A DNA stretch of 64,000 bases, from contig OZ360257.1 of NCBI GenBank assembly GCA_977017645.1, positions 14,260,001 through 14,324,000 of the forward strand, in the 5' to 3' direction. The DNA is from Torpedo marmorata. Its lineage: Eukaryota. How positions within the stretch are numbered: position 1 is the stretch's first letter; every line of letters starts with the position of its first letter. The notes below the pieces were generated by a model, which was not told the DNA's origin, did not search any database, and saw only the letters and a list, made by a program, of their open reading frames with translations. This document shows positions 36,822 through 51,026 of this stretch, piece by piece. Position numbers and translations under genes: made by a program.

Positions 36822-37005
36822 CGTGTGTGTGTGTGTGTGTGGGTGTGTATACCTTTATATACACACGCACGCACAAACGGGATACTCATCCGTAATACGG
36901 ACAACCAGAAAACACTCGGCGGAGATCGCAGCAAAATCACTTACCAGGAATGCCGACAATTGCAATAATGTGATAGAAGATATCCGTGGCTTTCATTCGT
37001 GGCAT
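34268..37005 (-). CDS. GPR139/GPR142-like class A orphan GPCR, copy A3 (intact, ~324 aa); join of exons 36945-37005 and 34268-35181
   Basis: Exon 1 is MPRMKATDIFYHIIAIVGIP-G|gtaagt with acceptor gttacag|. Exon 2 is an open 914-nt frame with DRF, LWTP and NTCVY motifs. Confidence 0.9.
36115..36720 (-). mobile_element. LINE endonuclease fragment in the intron
   Basis: NVQSLKNK..CCESWLT..IHRLD..SGK motifs. Copies at ~48947-49550 and ~61606-62210. Confidence 0.75.
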
Positions 37006-38190
37006 CGTTTGAGGATAATGCGGTTTCTCTACAGCACATGTGAATATGTGAAAACGAAGAGTTTCACTGTGAAGCCTAATTTATAGGACAGCCGTTCTCC
37101 TGGGACACTAACTTGCATAACACCTCCACATACTCGATTTAACAAAGACTATCAGTTCATTCTAACTTAATGACCTGAGATCACTCCGCCCAGAGTAACT
37201 AACACTAGTTATTGTAATAAACAAGGTTCAGGTGCGAGCTCGCTGCATCACCTGACGTGGAACCGTGACACTGGAGTGTCGCGTTCATCTATCTCCATTT
37301 GCTTCGCTTTAACCTCGTCCCTGGGGTACGTGTTCGCAATTCTCTCCTTTGTTTGTTCCCAATGATCCTGATTATCACACATATTTTCCTTTTTATCATT
37401 ATACACCTGAAAATAACTTTATTCCAATGAGTTTTCAAAAGTTCATCAGTCGGTCTGACCAGATGGTTTGTTTTCACACGTCGACTGCCATGCTAGCTTG
37501 ACTGAAGATTTATTTAAAATATACAGACACTTAGCGCATGACGCCCGTGCTGCCAAATTACATCCAATGAACATGCCAATTCCATACTTTTTTTCGTGAG
37601 TGGGAAGAAACCAGAGTACCCTGGGAAACCGAGCAGTTCACGAGGGAAAGCAATAAAACTCCTTCCAGGGCAGCGCTGTATTTGAACCCGCGTCGCTGAC
37701 GCTTTGAATGTGTTGCGCTGAACTGTGACGTGAACCGTCCCCCTTGAAATCCTGATTTAATTTTTGTTGCAAACGCCACACAGATCCGAGGAGTGTTTGG
37801 ATCGCCTGTGGTGTTTGGGGTAATGCATCAACGCTGAGGGTTGGTTCGAAGGCATCAAGTCCAATCAGAGAATTTCTTTCTGTGCTCTATTTTCTTTGCA
37901 TTTGCTAATGATACAACGGTTCACAGTGTTGTCGGGAGTGCAGAAGGCTGTCGTGGGTTATAACGGGATATAGACAGGATGCGGAGTTGGGCAGAGGAGT
38001 GGCAAATTGAGTTCAATACGGTAAAGTGTAGTGCACTTTGGAGGCCGAATCGAAGGCGGAGTGCGTGTTAATGACAGTATTTCTTACAGTTTGGAGGAAC
38101 TGAGAGATCTTGGGGTCCATGTTAATACACCCCTCAAGGTTGCTGCGCGAGTTGACGCGCTGGTAAAGAGGGTGTATGGTGGGTTGGCCT

Positions 38191-38752
38191 CCTCGCTCGG
38201 ATAGCCAGTATAATGCGGCTGATGGTCAGGGAATGTGGCGCCAAGATAAAGACATAAAGTGCAAATGAGTTAAAGACTTTTTACTGCCAGAGAATAACTG
38301 CTCAAATTCATAAGGTGTAAAAGCATGATATTACATTGCAGGATAATTCAACGTTATCAATTACTTCCCGAGGTTAATAAATAAAATGGTGTTTTTTCCC
38401 AAATGTTGAGGAAAATTCCACCGCGCTTTCGCTACAGATGAATTATTTTCAGTGCAATATTTTGCTTGTAGCGTTTGGTGACAAATAGCAAAAAATCGAT
38501 CGAACATGAAAGCCACAGTTAGTCACATTGAACCGTCAATGGAAATAAATAACATGGTCAGAATAACTCTACAGAGAGAAGTCTGATTGAAGTGTGAATG
38601 TGGAAAATACCGATCGTTAATCTCATATAAAATCAATTCATATACAGTTTCACAACTTCTCAGTCAGCTTCTGCCATTCCCAGCAACCACTGAGTGATGC
38701 ATTTTGAGAGGCCGTAAATTACATGGAACAGAATGACGTTTGGCAGCAAAGT
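38191..38752 (-). pseudogene. Paralogue B pseudogene, 3'-deleted (TM1-TM5 only)
   Basis: The junction gggttggcct|cctcgctcgg fuses CR1 directly to the ICL3 sequence. Confidence 0.8.
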
Positions 38753-38759
38753 AGTTTCA

Positions 38760-40145
38760 AAACATATAACATAGAACATGGAACATGACAGCACAGTACA
38801 GGCTATTCGGCCTTCAATGTTGTGCCGATCTGTATATTCCTACCAAGAAAATACTGAAACCTTCCAAACTTTTAATCCTCTAATTTTCGTTCATCCACGT
38901 GCCTGTCTACGAGTCTCTTAAATACCCAAAGTGATTCAGCCCCCACCACCAACCTGGCAAAGCATTGCCGGCTCCTCCATCTCTGTGTGAATAATTTACC
39001 TCTGATATCTCCCCTCAACCTTTCTCCCTTCACTTTGTGCAAACGTCCCCTGGTGTTTGCTATTCCCTCCCTGCGAAAAGGCGCTTGCTGTCTTCCCTAT
39101 CTACTGTCTATATTCTTGTAGACTTTGATTAAGTCACCTCTCATCCTTCTTCACTCTAAACAAAAAAGTCCCTGCTCTACTAACCTTGCCTCGGAAGACA
39201 TTTTCCAATCCAGGCAATACACTGGTAAATCTCCTCCGCACCCTCTCCACAGTTTCCACATCCTTCCTATAACGATGTGGCCATAACTGAATACAATACT
39301 ATAAGTATGGTCTAACCAGAGGTGTGTAGAGTTGCAACATGACATCTATACTATTGAACTCAATCTCCCTATTATTGAAACCCAGCATCCCTAGGCCTTC
39401 TTAACTATCCTATCAACCTGCGCGGAAACATTGAGAGATCTATGGATTTTAACTTCAAGGTACCTCTGTTCCTCCACACTCCTAAGTATCCGACCATTAA
39501 TGCTGTATTCATCAAGGTTTGACCTTCCAAAATGCTTCACAAACTTATCCGGATTGAAGTCGATCTGCCACTTTTGCGCTCATCTCTGCATTGTAATCTA
39601 CGACAAACTTCAACACTAACTGCAGCTCCTCCAACCATTATATCATCTGCAAACCTACTGACACACCCTTCCGCTCTTCATCTCGGTCATTAATAAAATG
39701 CACAAAGAGCAGGGGTTCTAGAAAAAATCCTTGCGGAACTCCACTGGTCACTGACTTCCAGACAGAATACTTTCTGTGCCGTCCTCTGCTTTCTACAGGC
39801 AAGCCAATTTTTTATCCACACAGCTGAGATTCCGTGGATAGAATGCCTGATGTCTTTCTGACCGAGTCTTTCATGGGGAACCTTGTCAAACGCCTTACTG
39901 AAATCCATATGTACCTTGTCTAAAGCACATTTTTCTCAATATATTTTGTTATCTCCTCAGAAAATGCAACGAGGCTCATGAAGCACGACCATCCCCTCAC
40001 AAAGCCATGCTTATGTCTCTCAGACGACTGTACTTCTCCAAATGCTCATAAATCGTGTCCTAAAGAATCCTCTCCGATAGTTTTCACACCAGTGACGTAA
40101 GCCTCACCTGTCGGTTATTCTCAGGATACTCTCTATTACCCTTTT
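38760..40145 (-). mobile_element. CR1 LINE RT fragment
   Basis: MDFSKAFDKVPHERL motif. Confidence 0.9.
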
Positions 40146-40464
40146 TAGAGATTGAGATTAATAATGTTCTCTGATCTGAAGGCAGAACAGCAGACACTTC
40201 GTGATTTGCTGCAATTATATTATTATTGAACCACGTTTCTCTGGTAGTTTTAAGAGTGTGGCATAAGCGCGATGAGACTTCATGTTTGCTCTACTTAGAC
40301 TTGTGCGCATTTACTTTAATAACGTTGATGTCATATGGAAGCCGAGATCAGATCCATCTCTTCTGAAAAGAGGGTCAAACTTGACCTTACTGAGCTGAAC
40401 TTCAAGCATGGCCCTGAGGCAAAGTATCGTCCCGAAAACTCCACTATCGCTGCCACCCGCCCCC

Positions 40465-40505
<41 letters not shown>

Positions 40506-42478
40506 AAACACACACAAAACACAAACACACACATACAGAAACACAAACACAAACACACACAAAACATAAACACATACATACAGAAACACACACACACACA
40601 CGCTGTTCAATCCGCTGAGTCCCCCCAATAGTTTGACTTTCTGGCACTGTGGAAGAAAGGTTTCCACACGCAAAGGAAAACCTCCATTCAGCCGGGGTGG
40701 GGGGGGGGGGCGTTTAAAAGTGCTTCGGATAAGTAGATGGGGAGGGTTAGAGGCACAATCTTCACACAGAGAGTAATGGGTGCATGGAATTCACTGCTGG
40801 CAACTGTTTTAGAGGCAGGTGCAATAGGATATCTTTAGAGACGAGCATATTGGTGCATGGAACAGAGAGAAAATGAGCGTTATACAGGACGGAAATTCTC
40901 GGAATTCTTGGAAGCGGAGATTATCAGGTTGGCATAAAACTATGGCTCAAATGGCCTATACTACGTTGAAGATTTCTATATTCTATATTCAATATTCCAT
41001 CATGAACTATTACCTTCTGTTACGAGGCAAACATTGAATCCGAATTTCCAAATTGCCTTTGATCCCTTGAACTGTGGACCAGTGCATTATTTAGACATAC
41101 AGCACTGTAACAGGCCTTTCCGGCCCACAGTCTGTGCCGCTCAAATAACCCAATAAAGATACGTTTTAAAGGGTGGGAGGAAACCGGATCACCCGGAGGA
41201 AACCCACGCAAACACATGGAGAACGAACAAACTCCTCACAGAGAGGGCCGGGTTCGAACCCGGGACACTGGCCCTGTAAATGTGTTGCACTAACCGCTAC
41301 GCTAACCGTGCAAGCCCATTGTCTGGATATTTGACAGGGTCGTACCGAAATTCGTGTCAACTTCATGAACTGCAGTACTCTCATCGATACATTGAGCTGT
41401 TCCTCGAAACAAACATAAAATTGGTTGTATATAATCTGCCAACAACAAAGCTATGCTATCTCCCCTTAATCAATCCCCTTCTCTCCAACTGCGGATTCAT
41501 CCTGGAACTCGGAATTATTTTCAATTTTCTTTGCAAATGCTGTTCTTGTTGTTACCTTTGATTTATAGTATTTCTTTCATGATCTTGTTGCACATTATAC
41601 TTGGTGGAAGTTAAAAATCAGACGACGAATAATGCCCAATTCCTCCAAATAATTATGGATCATTTTCGTTGCTAGGATGGTATTGCAGCCTGGTTTTGTT
41701 CGAGATCTACAACTGTCTGGAGAACTGGGAAGCTCCATGTAGCTGCTGCTTGTACTTGGAACACACAGGCTGCTCTGATCCTGCTGTCTCAAATCCTTTA
41801 GCTGGAGGTAATTCGAGGAAACAAAAGCCACCAGACTGTTTCTTGAATTTAACGTGAGCGGCGGAAAATCTCTTTGAAATAAAGCAATGTAGCGCACATA
41901 CCTTCCTTATATTGGATCGGCATGCGGGGATCTTTTCTGAGTGGTTGACTTCCATTAAAAATTATTTCGCCACGTGCAGAGCTAAACCATTAGCTATTTT
42001 CCATTAATTCCCTCAATTTTATGTCACCACATTTTGATGCAGTATATAAAAATCGAAATGCAACACGAATACTTGGGAGTTGTTTCTATAAATTTGGGAA
42101 CTTACGTCAGCAAAAGCAACGCGTTTATTCAATGGACAAGAGCATTGCGCCGGTTGGAGAAGCTGTGCCTTAAAATGTATTATATGTATGACGTAAATAT
42201 GTATTATTTGTCTGTATGTGTGTTATGTCTGGTTGTATGTCTGCATGTTTTGCACCTACACCAGAGAACGCAGTTTCTTCGGGTTGTACTTGTACAATCA
42301 GATGACAAAAAACTTGACTTGAAAACTCGAGTATGAAAAGAAGTTTTAGCAGATGTTACATGGCTTACGATGTACACCAAGTATTCTAAGAATAGGATTG
42401 TTATTTTTTTCGTTCTCTAAAATTACTGGTCGCTCCATGATTGGACAGATTAGATGCAGTTGCGCCATTAGTTTAATG

Positions 42479-42852
42479 CAGAGGTTTTCAAACTTTTTCT
42501 TCACACTCACACACCACATTAAGTAATCCCTATGCCACAGTTGCTCTGTGATTAGTAAGGGATTATTTAAGGTGGTATGTGAGTGGAAATAAAAAGTTTG
42601 AAAACCACTGTTTTAATCATACCTCGTTGACTCGTTATGTGCACGGCTTCATAACTCCAAAGGAAATGGGCCAATGACAATTTTTATTAAGCAAAATATT
42701 TCAGTAACAATTAGGTCTGGAGCAGTGGTTCTCAATCTTTTTTCCCCACTCACATACCAATTTAAGTAACCCTTACTAATCACAGAGCACCGATACCACA
42801 GTGATTATTTAAGGTGGTATGTTAGTGGAAAGAAAAAGTTTGAAAACCACTG
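42479..42852. mobile_element. hAT-like double-palindrome MITE
   Basis: Copy of 5579-5952. Confidence 0.78.
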
Positions 42853-44220
42853 GCTTCATGGAATTCACAGCAATCCCTGACTTATAAATAAAGTAAACCT
42901 GACACATAATGACACATGAACACGAAATTATTGTCATTAGTCGCAGATTTGCATTGGAGCAAACAGTTTAAATAAAGTCATAACTGCTGATGTCGATCAG
43001 GAAGACGAATCATTCCAAACAAAATATATCCACATCGCATTATTATAGTGACGATGTGTATTTATAGATTCGTGAAGGAACCAACAAACCCGAGACCTTG
43101 TGATGATTTGCCTGTTCCTTAGTATTGTTTAAATTCACACTGTTGGAATCTTGAAAAATACTATATCATTTTGCCTTTGGGTTAGAAATATAATTGTTCT
43201 GAAATCCACACAAAAATCAGATCAAATAATTCGGATGAAAAATAGCAAATTGAAATTGATTTTCCGAATTCTCCCACAAATTGTTCACATTATTTATTTG
43301 GGCTTCTTAAATTTGTCAACAGCTATCGACGTTTGTGCCAATAAATTGGCGATTTAACTTGCATAACAACGTAGAACTACTGCAAATAATATTTTCAGCA
43401 TTATGAACCCTGCCTTTGGAAGGGAAAATCTTGAAAATCAGAATTTGTGTCTTATTCTTTTTCAAAATAACTTACTCGATCTTCTTCGCTGAGCGGCACA
43501 GTTAGCGTAGCGGTTAGCGCAACCTTGTTACAGCGCCAGCGATTGGGACTGGTAATCGAATCCCACGCTGACTGTGAGGAATTTTTACGTTCTCACCGTG
43601 TCTGCGTGGGTTTTCCCAACGGACTCCGGTTTGCTCCCACCCTTCAAACGTACTGGGTGTGTAGGTCAATTGGGTGTGATTAGGTGGCATGGGCTTGTGG
43701 ACCGAAAGGGGTTGTTATCGTGCTGTACGTCTACATTAAAAAATAATCATCTAAATTTAAATTTAAAAGTTAAAGCATGCTACTTAGATATTGTCGGTCG
43801 TTCTCACAGTGTAGTTGATCAGCACCTGCATTATGAATGTGCTTGCAGCCAACACGATGGCGCCGTGTGGAAGGAGCACGGTGTTCAGTACTTCCGTTAC
43901 CGGGCATTGAGGGGCCGAGACCGGAGGGGAAGCCTCAATCACCAGTTGGGGGAGCATCGGCCTGGTGGCAAACGAGCTTAAAAGAGAACGACTTTAACAA
44001 TGTAGAGTGATGCCTATCTATGGATACGACACAAATGCCGCGATAAGACTGAAGGGTTTTATTTTGTAAATTATTCTATTGGTAATAATGTTTATTTTTG
44101 ATTAAAGTATTTGAAAATTCCACAGAGCGCACATTGGTTCGTTCAAATGTATGGCGTACCGCTCCATGGCGACTTTGCTCGATTTAAAAAAAAACCTTGT
44201 CAGTTTTGCAGTTAGATAAA

Positions 44221-44585
44221 AGATAAATGAAAACATCCCTGGATATTAGTGCAATACACAATAGTGCTGGAGTAATTCAGGATGTATATAACTTTCCTTC
44301 CAATGGACGTTTCATGGGATGCTGAGTTTATTCTGTACTTTTGTGTATTGCACTACAATCACAGCATCGGCAGAATTCTGTAGAATTCCCTGCGTGTTAA
44401 TTGTTATGCAAGATAAATGAAAACATCCCTGGATATTAGTGCAATACACAATAGTGCTGGAGTAATTCAGGATGTATATAACTTTCCTTCCAATGGACGT
44501 TGCATGATATGCTGAGTTTATTCTGCACTACAATCACAGCATCCGCAGAATTCTGTAGAATTCCCTGCGTATTAATTGTGATGCA
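44221..44585. repeat. ~190-bp tandem duplication unique to unit 4
   Basis: 'agataaatgaaaacatccctggatattagtgc' starts at both 44221 and 44411. Confidence 0.92.
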
Positions 44586-47099
44586 AGATTCAGCAGAGTT
44601 CTAATTTTAACATGATACCTCAAGTATCAGACCGGCTCCCAAAGCCTTAGACTGACATGACTGACATAGAAACAGCGCTTGTCCACGAGACATAGCACTA
44701 CTCCGAAGGGTTCCAATGCCCGGTCCTAATGCCGGCTGACACGTACAGGCTTTAAAATGGCCGATAAAGGGTCCGACTGTATTTGTAAGTAAAATCATGT
44801 ACCCTCGGGGTCTGTCACCAAGACAGTGACGCCTCGGCTCGGCAGCGGCCACGACGAGTTTCGGACCCCGGGAGAGTAGGAAGTTAGAAACCGTACCCGA
44901 TGGAAGCCCTTTCAGGCTCTACTGTTCTATGTTCTGTATTGTTATGTAATGGGAGTGTCGGAAGATATTCACAGGTGATACCAAATTGAACAAGGGTTCC
45001 AGATATTGGCAAGGCGATCTTAGGACTCAAAGGACTGTAAACATTGATTATATCTGCTGAATAATTTCACTTTTCGATATTGACGGCCGGGATAAGTATC
45101 GGCTCACCTCACCACTCAAACCAACAGCGTTTGGACCAGAGATGATCAATAAAAGGCCGATGTGCTCAATCATGTTAAGATTGAACACACATATGATTAT
45201 GGAGCCTAGTGGAAGCAGCACAAGTTTCAAGTATTAACTTGTTAGGTTTTTGCTGATTCAGGAACTGTTATGCTGGAATGGAGATTTCTGCTCGTCCTCC
45301 CACAGTTCATAGTGACGGTTAAGGAAATTAGAACCCATTGATGGGAATTCAGCTGTTGAGCAGACGTCCGGGGTAATAAAATAGATCATCACCGAATACG
45401 TGAGAGACAACTTCATAAAGGTAATTGAGTCAAGTGCAGCACCCAACAGAAATAGTGGCTTCCTTACTGATGTGTTTGGAGAATTATATCTGACTTCACC
45501 GCATCCCCGAGAAGAGCAAATCAGATATTAAACGTGATGAAGGTTTCTGACCCGAAACGTCGATGTATCGTATCTCCACGAATGATGCTCGACCTACTGA
45601 GTTCCTCCAGCATATTTCTTTGCTTCATATGCCTGTTTAAAAAGACAATCTCCTAGATTCCCCTTAAAACTCACCTTAAACTCGTGTCCACTTACTTTTG
45701 TTAACCCTGGCATTAGAAATAGGTTTTGAACATCTTCCCTATCGGTGACTCTCATCATCTTACTTATATTTCCCAGCTCGTTCCTAAACCCGCTGTGCTC
45801 CAGGGAAAATTGGCCCCTTCCTATTAAGCACCTTCCACAGCTCGTCCTCCTTTCCAGGCAACATCCTGGTGAATTTTCTGCAACAACGCCGGTCCAATCA
45901 CATAAATAGTGTGGCGACCAGAACTGCAAACAACACTTCAAGTACAGTCTGAACAGTGTTTGTGAAATTCGAGATCCTATATATTATCCTCGAACTAGGA
46001 AGGCACCATCACCCTAAAAAACGTGTTGCTGCTTTCAGGCAACTATGAATTCAGACCCCCATGTCCCTCTGTTCATCACGTTTCCTTCCTGATGGAACAT
46101 TTAGTGCATATGCCGTGCATTATTTGCAGTTGTCAGTATAAAATTGCAGCTGGCAACGCACAGCCCAAGTTTTCACCTGATCTATATCCTGCCGAAATTG
46201 AAGATTCAATTTTATTTTATTGTTATGCTATAATACAGAACATTAAATATGACACGACCTGTGTTTGGGATACTTCCTTTTTAAAAATTGAATAAGAAAA
46301 GAATTTGCAAATGCTTGACCCGATGACGTTCGATTCTGCTCTCCAGCGGAATTCCCTTAAAAGATCTGGCACAGACGACCAGGCCTGCTGAGAAATCTCT
46401 GCGTTTTCTGTATTTGTCCCAAGATAGTGAAATTATGTCTCCTTTGTTCAGTACCAACTGAACTCTCTCTCTATCTCTCCCTCTCCCCTCTCTCTGTCTC
46501 TGTCTGTCTGACTCTCTCTCGATCTCTAACACACTCTCTCTCTCTCTGTCTCTCTCTCTCTCGCTGAATCACTCTCCCACTCTCTCTGTCTCTCTCTCTC
46601 GCTCCCTCTCTCTCTCCATTTCGCTCTCTCTCTCTCTCCATTTCGTTATCTCTCTCGTACTCTCACTTTATCTACTTCTCTGTAACTCTGCACTTTTTAG
46701 TTGCGTCTCACTCCTTCTTCGATGTATGAGATGCCAACTGGTATGTTGTAAAAAAATCAAATCAAAAAACACTCTCGTGAGGTCTTCGTACATGCAACAA
46801 AAAACCTGAATTCAAATTTGAAATATTGATTAACCTGGGCAAAATGTGATTCATGCAGTACGTCGTTGAACGTTTCATTCAATTGTTTGGACATTTACAA
46901 TGGCCAGATATCCAGTAGTCGCCTAATTTGCGGATGGCCTCCATTTAGCAGTACAGGAGGACACGTCCCGAAATGTTGGTGTGGGAATGGTGTGTGTGGT
47001 TGGCTTTTTTTACGGGGCTTATGTTACAGGGAATTATTAATAAAAAGGACGAGATTCGACATTGGAAGCGAACTGAGGAACAGGGCCATGATCTCTGAT

Positions 47100-49606
47100 T
47101 CATTGTGGCTGCGTCATTGGTTTTAAAAACCGTACAAGGGCAATAAATGGATGTTTTGCCACCTTCTTCACCTCCTCCCGGAATCTCCTCTGTGTCATTG
47201 CATAAACACAAGTGTTTGTACAGCAGCTCAAATACATCAGCAGAATCGCGATTCTAATTGCCAGAAGCAGTGACTTCGGGGCGTCGATGGAAAAACTTGA
47301 GGTGAGATGGAAGTATTGGTCAATTATCGTAACCGGTGTCCACAACGCTATGAAGGTACCAGAAATGGCGAAGAGCAATATAATGGACGTTCTCCGTTTC
47401 GTCATCTCGTGATCAAATACCTGACCGTCCCCACGGCTCTTCAAAGCCTTCCGAGCTCTGCTGACAAGTAAAATGTGTCGGACGGTGAGAGAATTCAACA
47501 GCAACATCAGCAGCAGCGGCACCAGTGGTACCATAAGTTTAGACAACCATCTGTAAGTCTGCCATGCTGGTGAAGAAATATATCGTGTTATAGTACGGCA
47601 GCCCCATTGGACATCACCCGCAATGTAATGGGGTTGATACCGGAAATAAGCTGGAATGTGCATCAAAAAGCTCAGCACACACACAGTCGTAAGAACTACT
47701 GTGGCGTTTATTTCGGTACAATATTTTGTTTTGAATTGCTGGCAACAAATGGCAATGAAGCGGTCCACTGTGAACGATACCGTGGCCCAGACAGAAAATT
47801 GCACGCTGGATTTCTGTATGAAGTCTGTAAGACGACAAGTGGAGGTATGTGCCAGGAATGAATGAGGAAAATGATAGCCTAAGACGAATATCACTGTAAC
47901 GTTAAACACACAGACCATTGTGTCTGCAACTGCCATGGTTACCATGTAACGAGTCACTCCTTTGGAGAGGCCGCGCATTCCCCGTGACAGGACCACAATC
48001 GAGAGCAGGTTACCTGTAACAAGATGGAAAACCAGGAAATTACCAGAAAAACAAGTCAACATCTTTAACGTGATTTTTACAATGGAATCTTTGGGAATAA
48101 CCTAATCGAAACATTTGTCTGTTCCTGTAAATTATGCAGTTGCCAACATTACATTGGCACTACGGAATGGAAAGAGCAACAACGCTTTCACTACCTCAGA
48201 AGCTGAGGAATTTCGGCATGCCCCCGTTGACCCTGTCCGTTGTGTGCAGATGAACAATAGAAAGTGTCCGGTACGGGTGCATCACAGATTGGAGTGGAAA
48301 CTGCTGAGCTCGGAGTCTCAAGAAACCACGGAGAGTAATGAACGCAATTCAGTGTTATCAATAATCCAATCCCCCGTCCATCGACTTCGTCCATATCTCC
48401 CGCCGTCTCCCGGATAAATAATCCCTGCCGCCGGGCAGAAGAAGCACGAGTTTGGAAGAATAGCACCCAACCAGATTCAAGGGCACATGCATTCCTGCTG
48501 GCAGGCTGTTGAATAGACCTCTCATGAGTAAAAGGTAATGACTTGCATAGCTTAACAGCACTCCTGTCTTTAGCACGTCATGTTGTACTTTATTGTAACA
48601 CTATCATCTGTACTATTTCTATCCTTGCGCTGCCTGCTGTATTTTATATGGCTTGATTTGCCTGGATAGCAGGCAAAATAACGCCTTTTCACTTTTCCCC
48701 GGATACGTGACGATAAACAGTTCAAATCTATGCGTTCAGTTATGGTTGCCTCCTTATAGGAAATATATGGATGCTCTGGAGAGTGTGCAAAGGTGTTGCC
48801 TGGATTGCAGAACCTATCATATGAAGGAAGGTCGACAGAGCTAGGGCTTTTCTCTGCAGCGATGAAGGGGAAGAGGTGAATTATTGGGGGTAGACAACAT
48901 CATGAGGGGTTTAGATGGGGTGAACAGCAAACAACAACATGCTGTATCATGAAGGAACGTAGGCATTCCTTATGTTGTTGTCGCAAAGTTCAAATGAGCT
49001 GGTGTCTCTGGTACAGCAGGTTACGTGCTGGTGATATTTGCGCAGGGCTTTCTTAAGACAGGCCTGATGAAAGTCAACGACTGTGACTGGAAGTGTCTCG
49101 GGGTGGGCCTGTTTACTGACCAGGTCATGCAGCTCCGCAAGTGCCTGTTTGTAATTGGTGTCGGGAAGGAGATAAACTCGGGTGAGAATAACTGATGAGA
49201 AACCTCGGGGAACATTGAAGAGTTTTCATTTGATCGATATCTGCTCTCCGCCACTGGAGGAAGATTTCGATAGAACACCAACGTCCGTGCACCATCCGAT
49301 ATTAACAGGAAAGCAAACACTGTGCCCTCTCACTTTGCCAGAATCCATGTCCCAGTCCAGCCTGTGAATGGTTAAAACCTCTGGTCGGATCACAGCGTTA
49401 TTTGTGTTTTCTGTTAGCCAGGATTCGCAGCAGCAAACAACTGAGATTTGTCTCAACTGTCTCTGATATAGCAGCATTGCCCAGAGGTCTTCGGTTTTAT
49501 TTTTTAGTGACTGGACATTGTCTAACTTCAACAACCTCAGGTCAAAAGATTCTTTAAATACTGGCAGAGCGACGACGGCTGAACAACTTTCTGTGAGTGT
49601 ATGTGT

Positions 49607-49681
<75 letters not shown>

Positions 49682-49841
49682 TGTATACCTTTATATACAC
49701 ACGCACGCACAAACGGGATACTCATCCGTAATACGGACAACCAGAAAACACTCGGCGGAGATCGCAGCAAAATCACTTACCAGGAATGCCGACAATTGCA
49801 ATAATGTGATAGAAGATATCCGTGGCTTTCATTCGTGGCAT
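47100..49841 (-). CDS. GPR139/GPR142-like class A orphan GPCR, copy A4 (intact, ~324 aa); join of exons 49781-49841 and 47100-48013
   Basis: Same exon structure and splice sites as A3, with an open frame. Confidence 0.9.
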
Positions 49842-51026
49842 CGTTTGAGGATAATGCGGTTTCTCTACAGCACAGGTGAATATGTGAAAACGAAGAGTTT
49901 CACTGTGAAGCCTAATTTATAGGACAGCCGTTCTCCTGGGACACTAACTTGCATAACACCTCCACATACTCGATTTAACAAAGACTATCAGTTCATTCTA
50001 ACTTAATGACCTGAGATCACTCCGCCCAGAGTAACTAACACTAGTTATTGTAATAAACAAGGTTCAGGTGCGAGCTCGCTGCATCACCTGACGTGGAACC
50101 GTGACACTGGAGTGTCGCGTTCATCTATCTCCATTTGCTTCGCTTTAACCTCGTCCCTGGGGTACGTGTTCGCAATTCTCTCCTTTGTTTGTTCCCAATG
50201 ATCCTGATTATCACACATATTTTCCTTTTTATCATTATACACCTGAAAATAACTTTATTCCAATGAGTTTTCAAAAGTTCATCAGTCGGTCTGACCAGAT
50301 GGTTTGTTTTCACACGTCGACTGCCATGCTAGCTTGACTGAAGATTTATTTAAAATATACAGACACTTAGCGCATGACGCCCGTGCTGCCAAATTACATC
50401 CAATGAACATGCCAATTCCATACTTTTTTTCGTGAGTGGGAAGAAACCAGAGTACCCTGGGAAACCGAGCAGTTCACGAGGGAAAGCAATAAAACTCCTT
50501 CCAGGGCAGCGCTGTATTTGAACCCGCGTCGCTGACGCTGTGAATGTGTTGCGCTGAACTGTGACGTGAACCGTCCCCCTTGAAATCCTGATTTAATTTT
50601 TGTTGCAAACGCCACACAGATCCGAGGAGTGTTTGGATCGCCTGTGGTGTTTGGGGTAATGCATCAACGCTGAGGGTTGGTTCGAAGGCATCAAGTCCAA
50701 TCAGAGAATTTCTTTCTGTGCTCTATTTTCTTTGCATTTGCTAATGATACAACGGTTCACAGTGTTGTCGGGAGTGCAGAAGGCTGTCGTGGGTTATAAC
50801 GGGATATAGACAGGATGCGGAGTTGGGCAGAGGAGTGGCAAATTGAGTTCAATACGGTAAAGTGTAGTGCACTTTGGAGGCCGAATCGAAGGCGGAGTGC
50901 GTGTTAATGACAGTATTTCTTACAGTTTGGAGGAACTGAGAGATCTTGGGGTCCATGTTAATACACCCCTCAAGGTTGCTGCGCGAGTTGACGCGCTGGT
51001 AAAGAGGGTGTATGGTGGGTTGGCCT

